In this document: one piece after another, positions 34,936 through 45,570 of the stretch
How positions within the stretch are numbered: position 1 is the first letter of the stretch
How the letters are laid out: the number at the start of each line of letters is the position of its first letter
Origin: Monosiga brevicollis MX1
Lineage: Eukaryota
Assembly: GCF_000002865.3 (NCBI RefSeq)
Contig: NW_001865082.1
Coordinates: forward strand, 212,381-259,076
DNA: 46,696 nucleotides
Direction: 5' to 3'
Translations under genes and position numbers: made by a program
The notes under the pieces: generated by a model
The model's input: only the letters and a program-made list of their open reading frames with translations
Database searches by the model: none
What the model was told of the DNA's origin: nothing

Positions 34936-37464
34936 ATGAGTGTGGGTCTGGACGTGGTTGCACTTGCGCGGCAGCTCCGGGATTTGAATTTCGACGAGAG
35001 CACTATCGTGCAGATATGCAAACAGGAGCGTGAGGAGCATGAGCGCAAGGAGAAGGAGGAGCGTGAGCGCAAGGAGAAGGAGGAGCGTGAGCGCAAGGAG
35101 AAGGAGGAGCGTGAGCGCAAGGAGAAGCTGAATGAAGTGGTTGGTGCATCAATACCCGACCTCTCTCCCTCACTCACCCGCTGTGCAACAATGCAATTGT
35201 CTGGGATGAAGGATGGTGCAATGCCTCTTCTCACTTGTCGGTGTCGGCGTGCTTGTCAGTGTACTTTCCTTGAGAACCATTTCGAGGTTCCTCGAGGCCA
35301 TAACCTGTTGGATCGTCTAGCAACCATGTCAACCGACCAATTTTCTCTACTGTGCTATCGATACCAGCATCACCTAGTCAACAGTGACTTTCTTCAGACC
35401 TATCTGTCCATTACAGGTAAAGCTTCGCTCGGGCTTGAAAGTCGACAGACTGCCCCGCCTGCCCGTCTGTGCCCTCTGGATGCTCTAATTGACCACTGTC
35501 AATGTTTTTTGTTACTTATATTGATTTTTTCAGGGCACACTTGGGTTCGAAAGGCGTCTCCAAGTGAGGCAGCAGGCTATTTGCCTGAGAAGCCACCTTC
35601 CGAGACTCCAAGGATTAGTGACATCAACAGCAATGACAAGATCTTTGGCATTGTGGTGCTGCCTCCGAGCTCTCATTACTTGGCCCTTGAGATCGTTCAG
35701 CAAGCTGAAGCGCTGTTGTCTCCTGATGTCGTTCTGCCTCAAGAAGGCATCCATACCGATTTGATATCCGCATATTCGTGCCTCAGCCACGTGCACGCGA
35801 CCCTGAGGCACGAGCCTTACTTCTCGACGGTTATTACACCGGCTTTGCACGAGCACTTTGTCACGACTGTAGTCAGCCCTGAGCAGGAACCAGTCAGGAA
35901 GGTCGTGCGCTTTTCACACCAGGCATCAATCGGCAGCGGCGCCACGCACGCTGACTGGGTGGGAGTTGACTCCCAGAGGCATCCGGTCGTCATGGGCGAG
36001 TGCAAAATGGAACGCAAGCACTTTGACAACTTTGGTGGCCAAGTGGGCAACGAGGTTGTGCGGCTTGGCATCCTGCCGACGAAATACGATATGCGACAGG
36101 AAAGGCAACACCTGTTCTATCCTCTCACCAACATCAACGTGTGTAAGGACATTGTGACCGCCTATCTGGTCTTGCACGTGACGCGCCCAAAGGAGGTTGA
36201 GGTGGTCGCAGACATGTTTGGCTTGCGCAAAGCAAATAAGACATACTTTCTGGCCTTTCTTCGACTTGGATCCGCCAAAATTTCGACCGACGCCAACGAC
36301 CAGCGGGCTGTCTGGGCGCTTTTGACAGCCTGCAAGGATTTTGTCACGAATCGCCTGCCTGGTATCATCGAAGCCCGTCGTGGCAACAAGTTTCAGCTGC
36401 CATCCGACTGCGAGCCCTTTCCCTGCCCGGATCGGGGCATGAAGGGTTGGACATGTAGCGCCGCGTACGGGCCCAACGTGCAGGTTTACGAACGTCAGTC
36501 GGAGTCGTGGGTCATCAAGCACTACGACTACTGGGGTCGCCGATCTGGGGCTTTGAGCACATGTTTGTATCAGATTGCTCCCACTGATGTTCGCGAGCCG
36601 CCGTTCGAGGTGCTGAAAGCGCTTGGCGCGTTGGAAAAGACTGGCAAGTTTTACAAGGCGTGGGTGGTGGACACCCTCGCGGAGGGTGTGAAGCTCCTCC
36701 GATACCCGCGGGTGAAGACAGCTCCATGCGGCCGCAATGCGCACAAACAGCTGGCCAGCGTTGTTGAGCAGGTGCAAGCGTTGCACAATTTTGGCATTGT
36801 GCACGGCGACATCTTGCTCCGCAACATACTTTTTTGCAACAGCTGGCAGCTGGAGGATTGGATGACCAAGTCGCCAGGCTGGAAGATGGAAGATCAAACC
36901 AACGACGAGGATAAAACGCCATCCCCAAGCCGAGCGCCCTCACAGAATGCAGAAGTGGTTTCAACGGAAGTGGCCTCGGCGGAAATGGCCTCGCCCTCAG
37001 AGGAAGCGGCCGCGACAACTGAAGAAGCGACAGCAGAGGAGCCGGTGGCTTTCCTGATTGACTTTGACTTGAGTCGCCATGAAGGCGAACCATATGTGTC
37101 TGGTTACAACTACACAGGCAATCTCAAGCATTACCGTCACCCTGATGCTCGCCCAGATGAGAAGATCGAAAAGTCTCATGATGGCTATGCATTGGCTCGC
37201 GTGGCTGAGCGCATTCTTGTGGCAAATGGTGCCCGTGAGAATCTGATCAAGGCGTTGGAGGATTTGCGATTCGATGATGCGATCAAATTGTGCAATGAGT
37301 GTACTGGCCTTCAAACAGTGGAAATGGTCTTCTCGGCGTCGTCAGGTAGTCCACCGCGTGACAGGGTGTCATTTGTCATGGAGCTAAGACACGCTTTTGT
37401 TCGAGCTTTTGCCGTTTGCAGGGGAGGGGAGCTGTTTACAAATAACAGGGCTGGTGTGTCATAG
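34936..37464 (+). CDS. Crinkler-like protein: charged repeat, PD-(D/E)xK restriction-endonuclease-like domain, atypical kinase; may contain an intron within ~35130-35533
   Basis: (KEKEERER)n, then HADWVGVDSQRHPVVMGECK (D...ExK), then WVIKHY, LHNFGIVHGDILLRNILF, AFLIDFDLS and YRHP...HDGYAL. There is no GxGxxG loop. Confidence 0.7.
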   Translation: MSVGLDVVALARQLRDLNFDESTIVQICKQEREEHERKEKEERERKEKEERERKEKEERERKEKLNEVVGASIPDLSPSLTRCATMQLSGMKDGAMPLLTCRCRRACQCTFLENHFEVPRGHNLLDRLATMSTDQFSLLCYRYQHHLVNSDFLQTYLSITGKASLGLESRQTAPPARLCPLDALIDHCQCFLLLILIFSGHTWVRKASPSEAAGYLPEKPPSETPRISDINSNDKIFGIVVLPPSSHYLALEIVQQAEALLSPDVVLPQEGIHTDLISAYSCLSHVHATLRHEPYFSTVITPALHEHFVTTVVSPEQEPVRKVVRFSHQASIGSGATHADWVGVDSQRHPVVMGECKMERKHFDNFGGQVGNEVVRLGILPTKYDMRQERQHLFYPLTNINVCKDIVTAYLVLHVTRPKEVEVVADMFGLRKANKTYFLAFLRLGSAKISTDANDQRAVWALLTACKDFVTNRLPGIIEARRGNKFQLPSDCEPFPCPDRGMKGWTCSAAYGPNVQVYERQSESWVIKHYDYWGRRSGALSTCLYQIAPTDVREPPFEVLKALGALEKTGKFYKAWVVDTLAEGVKLLRYPRVKTAPCGRNAHKQLASVVEQVQALHNFGIVHGDILLRNILFCNSWQLEDWMTKSPGWKMEDQTNDEDKTPSPSRAPSQNAEVVSTEVASAEMASPSEEAAATTEEATAEEPVAFLIDFDLSRHEGEPYVSGYNYTGNLKHYRHPDARPDEKIEKSHDGYALARVAERILVANGARENLIKALEDLRFDDAIKLCNECTGLQTVEMVFSASSGSPPRDRVSFVMELRHAFVRAFAVCRGGELFTNNRAGVS
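35026..35127 (+). repeat. 24-bp coding minisatellite, about 4 units (gagcgtgagcgcaaggagaaggag)
   Basis: Seen directly; encodes ERERKEKE repeats. Confidence 0.9.
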
Positions 37465-37744
37465 AGTCGTCCAAGGAAGATTCAGATTTTGCAGGAAGCA
37501 CCGCAAGCATGTGAAAAAGGTGGGGTAATTGTTCGCGTCAAATCCGTGCTTCCATGCATTTGAGCTTTCGCACACTCAGTTTCGGTCACTATGGGTCTTT
37601 CCACTGAGACCCCCATAGCTGCTGTGACCTCACACATACACCTACACTTGGACCCCCGATTCCTGGCACACGCCATCAGCTTGTCACTACTGTTGTTACC
37701 CTTTGTTGTGGCACCTGCGGTCGGGCACGAGTTGCACTTTACCC

Positions 37745-37966
37745 ATCCTCGAGATTGAGCGACTCTACAGCTATTCTAACGGTGCACCTGGTCTGGTCAC
37801 TATGAATGCTTGCCGACCGCAGGTACGACAAGCCCCCTGCCATTCTGTCTTCTCCTTGCTCTCCCGTGTGCTCTGCCCTCTTGTGTTCTTTCCCTATCCT
37901 CGGGATTGAGCGGCTCTACAGCGATTCTAACGGTGCACCTGGTCTGGTCACTGTGAATGCTTGCCG
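37745..37966 (+). repeat. 71-bp direct repeat, two copies (37745-37815 and 37896-37966)
   Basis: atcctcgRgattgagcgRctctacagcKattctaacggtgcacctggtctggtcactRtgaatgcttgccg occurs twice, 151 bp apart. Confidence 0.9.
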
Positions 37967-38639
37967 CAGCTGGTTCAATTGACCTCAAGACACCAAAGCT
38001 TTCGCTCCGTTCCGACGGACTTTTCTCAAACCTCTCTCAAAACGCTTCCTCAAATCTACGCGCTTCCTCGAAACCCAAAACCGGCCTCCAGACGTGCTGG
38101 AGCCTGACAGTAATCTTGGTTTTAGCGTGCGATAAAATAAAATCTGAGAACCCGGATTGGTAAAAGGGCCAAGGCACGCTTTAGTTTGAATTTTTGCCGA
38201 CTGGAGGAGTGCTAATCGCAAGGCCGGTGTTTCATGACTGGAATACAAGCATAGAGGCATGTCCAGAAGTTACTGAATCACACTGGAAGATGCCAGTCCT
38301 GGCAATCGTGATCATCCATTACAGGATGATATTTGATTATCCTTGATGGCGCTCGTCAAGGCAACCTGTAAAACATCGTAATTGTTCCTGTCACCGAGAT
38401 GTAAGTACGGTCCTGTCGACCGAAAGTGGTATTTATTTGTTTTTTTGGACCTTTCCCGTTTCTATTTCCTATTTTTGCTTGGCGAGCTGACCACAGACAG
38501 ATCATTCTCTAAATGCTATGCAATCAGTAAATCAAGTCAAATGCACAGAAGGGCTTTGCCAAACGCCTGAAGTAGAAAAGTCCAGCAATCACCACCCCCC
38601 GCCCCCGCCCCACCCCCCCCCCCCCAAAAAAAAGGGAAG

Positions 38640-39097
38640 CCGAAACGTCTTCATAGTGAATGGGCAAAACACTGTGTACGCTCGCTCACCTCCAGCCACG
38701 CAAGGTCGTGGTGTGGGTAGTGCCGCTTCGTGAGCCTGCCAGAGACTTGTGCCGCCGCTTTGAACTGGCTGACATTGTATCGCAGTGGGCTAAGAATGAT
38801 GGCCGTGACATGCAAGTCAACGTGCAAGTGTTTGTCATGACGGTCGACTTTTTGGTTGGCCATGGGATGTGGTGGGTGCAAACTCTCGTGCAGCAGAAGC
38901 GTCTGGCCATGCTAGTGATGGACGAAGTTCACACAATGCTCGTGGACACTAGCTATCGAGACAGTCTTGTTCGCTGCCCAGGCCGGCTGGACCATCTTCG
39001 CCAAGACCCATCTGTCAAGTGTGTGGGCCTGACTGGCACGCTTTATTGGAGTGCAAGCATCGACCACCTGCCAGATCCCTCTGGAAGGATTGCATGA
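38640..39097 (+). pseudogene. RecQ/SF2 helicase fragment (copy A): damaged Walker A, intact DEVH, truncated after motif III
   Basis: NVFIV [frameshift] MGKTLCTL, VVVWVVPLREPARD, LVMDEVHTML, VGLTGTL, then a stop. Confidence 0.75.
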
Positions 39098-39403
39098 GTG
39101 TACTCGACAATGTGCAGCTGCCGCCGCCCGTCGAGGAACCCTCTCGTACACTCTGGGTGTGTTTAGCCACCAGATTATAAGTACGGTCCCGCTGACCGTG
39201 AGTGGCATTTTCTTTTGGATATTTCCCTTTCTGTTTTCTATCGTTCTCTCCTGTGAGAGAAGTGCAATTGAACCGCTTTACTGTCTCAGCTCAAATCGTC
39301 CTTCAATATGGCCAAGCAGGCAAGCATCTCGTGGGGCCACAGTTTCAACAGCCAAGAACAGTTGGACCTGGCTGCGGCCATTGATTAGCACCGGCCGGAA
39401 GAT

Positions 39404-42061
39404 GGATGGCTAATTGTTGTTGCACCGACAGGCATGGGTAAAACATTTTGTACCCTGCCCAAGCTGGGCTGTCGCCCGCATGCCGGTACGGTGCTGTGGA
39501 TTGTGCCGTTTGTGGCCGTGGCCAACGATTTATTGCGGCGATTTCAAGGCGCAGGTCACAGTGCCCAGCGATGGCTTGGTCCTTCTACACAGGTGGCAGA
39601 TGGCCTGGACGTGCTCATCGTAACGACCGACATGTTTGTCCGCGTGGGATCTGCATCGCTACACGGAAAGGTCTGCCTTCAGCGCATCCGCACTGCGAGA
39701 TGTGATGAACGAAGTCGCAGCCAGTGTGGGTTCTGGCGGATGGACCAACATCAAACGCGTGGCGTTGACGGGCACACTTTGCATCGGGGACCAGGAGCAT
39801 CTGTTTCGAAAGCTGGGTCAGCAAGTGGGGGGCAAGGTGTACCGTCTAGAGACGATGCGTCGCGATCTGCAGCTGCGTGTGCTTCACGGAAACCAGCTAA
39901 ACTTTTTGTCGCATGTGCAAGCCATTGTGGACACGCAGCGGATGATGCGTCAGGCGAATGGGGAGCGTGTGCACATGATGGTCTTTTGTGACACCGTGAA
40001 CGAGGTGAAGCTGCTGTGTGACCAGCTGCACGCATACGGCTACATGGCCTTGCCCTACTACACCGACCTGGAGGAGAAGGTGCAAAAGGACCATGTGGCA
40101 CGGTGGCAACGGGGTGAATGCGACGTCATTGTGGCCACCAGCTGCCTCAGCACGGGTGTGGATCTGCTCACCATTCGCCACGTGCTGTGGTATGGCAACG
40201 GCTACAACGTCTATACGCTGGCCCAGGTACGTTGTTGCTCAAGCGGTCGTGTGACTTTATGGATTTGGAGTTGAAAAAAAAATATCCGATTGTTGGATTT
40301 GCTGATGGTATACATGTGCTTGGGCTAGGCATTTGGTCGGGCTGGTCGCGATAAACAGGGAGGAACTGCCGAGCTGTGGCTACCAGTGAGACGTGGGCCA
40401 GCACCAGGCATGGAAAAGTTTGTCGAGGGCAATGCGTGCCGCAGCTGGGTGCTCGGCAAGTTGCTAGATCCCCGCGCCGCGACATGCTTTGCTGCCGGCC
40501 AGCCGCTTTGTGACGTGTGCGCAGGAACAGCACAGCGCCTGGAGCCAGCAAGAGCTGCACGCCAGCAGCGCGCTGCCCAAGCGTTGAGTGTGATGCATGT
40601 GGAAGCAGAGGCCGAGGCGATGGCGGAGGAGGAAGATGTGTTGTCTGAGCCACCTGCAGCACGGCTCGAGGAAAAAGAATCGATCGGGCCAGAGTCCACT
40701 TTGGATGTAGCTTCAGCATCAAACGTCGAAACGGCAGCGTCTTCAGGACGAGCTGCCGTTGCGGCGCAGTCGAGCAGAAGCACTCCACGTGCCCAGGACA
40801 CGGCTGTGGTGGCGACAAATGCAGGGCCAATGACGGATGCTGCCGTGCCACAGATGCAGACGAGTGCTGCTTGGATTGATGAGGCAGCTACAGCATCCAT
40901 GTCGGTGCCAGCTTCACCCATGGTCTCTGATGCTGATGACGAGGCGCCTTTACAGCAAGAGGCGCGTGGCCCGGTGCAAACCAAGTTGGCAGAGGGTGAG
41001 AGCACGCCACAGCCAGTCATGCAGTCAGCAGCACAGCCAACACCCACGAAACACACGCCACCCCGTCGGCCTCGATCATTTGCGTGCCAGTACCATCGGC
41101 CTCGGGTTCAACCTCCTCTCCGGCGCGATCGGCTGCAAGCTCAGCCTCGGGTACACTGCGGCGTAAGCGAGTGCCGCTGGCTGCTAAAACTACTTGCATC
41201 TCTGGGTCTGACGATTATGACGACGATGGCAACGGCGTCGCTACCAGCCCTGCTCCCTCAACATCCAAGCGAACGGCATCGGATGTCACGTGCACAGCTG
41301 CTGCTTCTTCAACAGCGGCGCAAGCAGCAGAGTCGCCTCTTCCCGCAGCAAAACGAGCAGCATCAAGTGGCACGCGCACCGCTACCATTGCTGCTACTGC
41401 TACCACTCGCTCTGAAGCCACGGTATCTGCTGCGGCTACGCCACCGAATCGGCACAACGTCGCGCCAATATTTCGGTCGAAATCGGGGACAGAAAAAAAA
41501 TATCTGATGCACCACGCGGCGGCTGACAAGTTTATTGGCGTTCTGAAGTTGATGGATGATTACTGCATGCGATGTACTATTCGACAGGCGAAACCCGTCC
41601 TGAAGGCCGAGCATCAATGCGTATCTAATCGTGGTTGCAAGCGGTGTCACTTCGAAGGACACGAGACAAGACTTAAAAAATGTTCCGTGCACCTCGCATA
41701 CCCCGACAGAGCCTGTTGCTACGCTTGTGGAATGCCAAGGTGGATTCGTGGATGTAAAACATGGGATCACCTTTGCAGGCAGTCTCAAGGACTGGATTCG
41801 GGCCTGAGCTGTCTCCTCCTTTATTCGGACTGTCATCCGGGGCTGCGCGACCTGGCCCAGCGGATGGGCTACAACTTGAGGGAAAGGACATTGAAGGATT
41901 TAAAAACGCGCGACTTGTTTGTCGAGTGGCTGTACTCGCCCGTTCCTGGTCTACCTCCAAGGGATGGGCATTGGCGTCTTGTGGAATTTGTGTTTGAAAG
42001 TGCGAGGATCCTGCTCCCCAGTGAGGCGGAAGCCCAAGTCGGCCCCGACAGTTTTCGCTAA
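39404..42061 (+). pseudogene. RecQ-like (telomere-linked helicase type) gene, copy B; frameshifts near 39640-39700 and ~41050-41090; intron 40227-40328
   Basis: LIVVAPTGMGKT, VLWIVPFVAVANDL, RVALTGTL, MMVFCDT, VIVATSCLSTGVDL, LAQ|AFGRAGRD. Zn-binding-type CRSWVLGKLLD..TC..LCDVC, and C-terminal YCMRC...CCYACGMPRWI. No DExH box is visible in the expected position. Confidence 0.8.
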
Positions 42062-42679
42062 ACACAAGCTCTTTGTGAGAATCAAAACACAGAACCGAAT
42101 GTCAGAATGTCATCATCTTTATTATCTTCAATAACTGGAATGGCTATGATCTGCTTCAATTAATTGAAACTTTGCTTCATTAACCTCTTGCCTCTATATC
42201 CTCCTTTTGCTCATCATTTTTTTTTTCTCACAGACGCGCCACGATGAAGCGGGCCATGGGCGGGGCGCGCGCGCTCCTGGTGGTGCGTTGTCGTCGTTGT
42301 GGCGCGACGGGCAAGTGCTGCCGAGGTGCAAGCGACGACATGGATGAACGAGTGGCCAAACGACATTGCCGCGTGACCGTCATGGATGGACCATTCTTGC
42401 TGACCTCGTGTTGGGCTGCCATTTGTTGTCAAGACAAATCCTCGATCTGACCCATGAGGAGCCGCGATGGCTCGTGCGCTGATGGACGCGTTGGCGAGGC
42501 GCAAGAGCCACGGAGCCTGGTCGGATCCAGCACGAAGCACTCCCGCTCAAATGCAGGTGAGAAACCGATCTTAGGCCCGCTTTTGAAAATGTTATGCATG
42601 ATGCCCGCTGCCAGAAACGAAAGCAAAAGTGATATTTGCGAGTTTTGGCGCGCGAATCGCCGGGTGTTTCTGACGGTAG

Positions 42680-44210
42680 TGCTGTGTCACAGGGTACCCG
42701 CTGGTGGATGAGGACTACACAGTGAGCAGCGGAAGCGTGCGAAGAATGCGAGGTGAGCTTTGTTTTGACGTGCGCCGAAAATTGTGACCACTGGCCCGGC
42801 TGCCACTTGGTGTCGGCTGAGGAGCGCACCTTTTTTCTTGTTTGGCCGTTTCGAGGGGGGTACTAATGATGGGGCTGGCGGGTGACAGGGTGGCCAACGG
42901 TGGATGAGGACTCAACAGTTAGTAGCGAAAGCGTGCGAAGAATGCGAGGTGAGCTTTGTTTTAATGTGCGCCGAAAGTTGTGACCAGGGGGCTGGCTGCC
43001 ATTTGGTGTTGGCCAAGGAGCCAAGGCGCGCCTGTTGTCTTTTTTCGCCGCTTTGAGGGGGGTACTAATGATTGGGCTGGCGGGTGACAGGGTGGCCAAC
43101 GGTGGATGCGGACTCCACAGTAAGCAGCGAAAGCGTGCGAAGAATGCGAGGTGAGCTTTGTTTTGACGTGCGCCGAAAATTGTGACCAGGAGGCCGGCTG
43201 CCATTTGGTGTTGGTTGAGGAGCAGAGGGGCGCCTTTGTTCTTGTTTGGCCGTATGGAGGGGGGGGACTCATGGTTATGCTGGCGGGTGACAGGGCGGCA
43301 AACGGTGGATGAGGACTTCACAGTGAGTAACGGAAGCGTGTGAAGGATGCGAGGTAAGCTTTGTTTTGACGTGCGCCGAAAATTGTGACCAGGAGCCCGG
43401 CTGCCATTTGGTGTTGGCCGAGGAGCCAAGGCGCGCCTTTTGTATTGTTTGAGCCTATTGAGCGGGGTACTAATGGTGGGGCTGTCGTGTCACAGGATAG
43501 CCAAGGTGGATGTATACTTCCACAGTGAGCAGCGAAAGCGTGCGAAGAATGCGAGGTGAGCTTTGTTTTGACGTGCGCCGAAAATTGTGACCAGGAGGCC
43601 GGCTGCCATTTGGTGTTGGTTGAGGAGCAGAGGGGCGCCTTTGTTCTTGTTTGGCCGTATGGAGGGGGGGGACTCATGGTTATGCTGGCGGGTGACAGGG
43701 CGGCAAACGGTGGATGAGGACTTCACAGTGAGTAACGGAAGCGTGTGAAGGATGCGAGGTAAGCTTTGTTTTGACGTGCGCCGAAAATTGTGACCAGGAG
43801 CCCGGCTGCCATTTGGTGTTGGCCGAGGAGCCAAGGCGCGCCTTTTGTATTGTTTGAGCCTATTGAGCGGGGTACTAATGGTGGGGCTGGCAGGTCACAG
43901 GATGGCCGACGGTGGATGAGGACTCCAAAGTGAGCACCGAATGCGTGTGAAGAATGCCAGGTGAGCTTTGTTGTGACGTACGCCGTAAATTGTGACCAGG
44001 GGGCAGGCTGCCATTTAGTGTTGCGGCGCGCCGTTTGCTTTGTTTGAGCCGCTTCGAGGGGGGGACTCATGGTAGGGCTTGCGTGTCACATGATGGTTCC
44101 AGGTGGACGAGAACTCCATCGTGAGCACCGAAAGCGCGTCAAGCAGATGACGTATGCTTTGTTTTGACGTGCGCCGAATATTGTGACCAGGTGCCCGGCT
44201 GTCACTCGGT
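42680..44210. repeat. Tandem array of about eight ~202-bp units with a 405-bp higher-order dimer
   Basis: The core gtgcgccgaa (gtacgccgta in one unit) starts at 42770, 42966, 43168, 43371, 43573, 43776, 43978 and 44169. Spacings are 196, 202, 203, 202, 203, 202 and 191. Confidence 0.95.
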
Positions 44211-45199
44211 CTTCGCGAATGGCCCGTCGCTCGCATTTGTTCAATTTTTGGGTTCTTTTTGTCGTGGCGGCCATTAACTTTACATGACAAGTCAACGTTC
44301 GAGCTTTTGGTGCGCTGTACTGTCGGTACTCAATCGAAACTTTCAGAATGTTTATTGTCATGTGGGCTCGGCACAACCGCTAACAGCGACACGATCGGAG
44401 GCTAACCGCTAATGCGTTGGTGAAAGGATTATTGAAAGACATCAATTTATAATATCAAGGCGAGGAAGCAAAAGTTTGAAACGCGTGCAAGGATACAAGT
44501 TGAGAGAAAGAGAAGCAGGTGGCGTGAGGACGGTACCTAACGCTATTCAGGAATGTAGAGTTGTGGTGTGAGAGTGAGCTCAAAGAAAAGACCCTAACGT
44601 TGTATTGTCATCATGCATGGGCGGTATGATGACGATGGCTGTGAGGTATTGAACCGTGTACACTGTTAATTGACAAGCAACATTACACTCACTCACAACG
44701 TCCAGAACATGACCGTTACACCTTCCACATTTAAAAGAAAACCAAAGTGTAACAAAAATTTCACCCTCTGAGACAGCACCAAGATTCATTTTTGAACCTG
44801 AGCTATCTGCTCTTGCCGCGCCTTGCCCTCTTGCAGTCCTCGCCACCCTCTGCTCCTTACACCAACGCAGCATGGCACAGAACCAAGAAGTGTTGTGCTG
44901 TCATTGCGAGCGTGCATTTCCTAATCGTCTGGCACGAGAGCAACACGTTTCTCGGGTACGTTGTTCCTGAGGTCGCTTTATCACGTCGCCAAAAAAAAAG
45001 CACACACAGACAGAAAAACACACAAAAAAAATGCGACACGTCTCACTGTTCGGCACATAGGTCCATCAAAAAAGCACGCGAATCACATTAAACGGACAAG
45101 TGATTATCCAACACCGAAACGAGGACGGGTACTTTCATTGCCCTGTCGACGGATGCCTCTACCACCATCAACGCGCAAACACCCTCAAGTCTCATCTCC

Positions 45200-45570
45200 N
45201 NNNNNNNNNNNNNNNNNNNNNNNNNNNNNNNNNNNNNNNNNNNNNNNNNNNNNNNNNNNNNNNNNNNNNNNNNNNNNNNNNNNNNNNNNNNNNNNNNNNN
45301 NNNNNNNNNNNNNNNNNNNNNNNNNNNNNNNNNNNNNNNNNNNNNNNNNNNNNNNNNNNNNNNNNNNNNNNNNNNNNNNNNNNNNNNNNNNNNNNNNNNN
45401 NNNNNNNNNNNNNNNNNNNNNNNNNNNNNNNNNNNNNNNNNNNNNNNNNNNNNNNNNNNNNNNNNNNNNNNNNNNNNNNNNNNNNNNNNNNNNNNNNNNN
45501 NNNNNNNNNNNNNNNNNNNNNNNNNNNNNNNNNNNNNNNNNNNNNNNNNNNNNNNNNNNNNNNNNNNNNN
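45200..45570. other. Assembly gap
   Basis: Run of N. Confidence 1.

Noticed and set aside
42680..44210. CRISPR-like array or repetitive protein ORFs
   Set aside because: The whole unit is repeated with no unique spacers, the context is eukaryotic with no cas genes, and the ORFs are by-products of the repeat.
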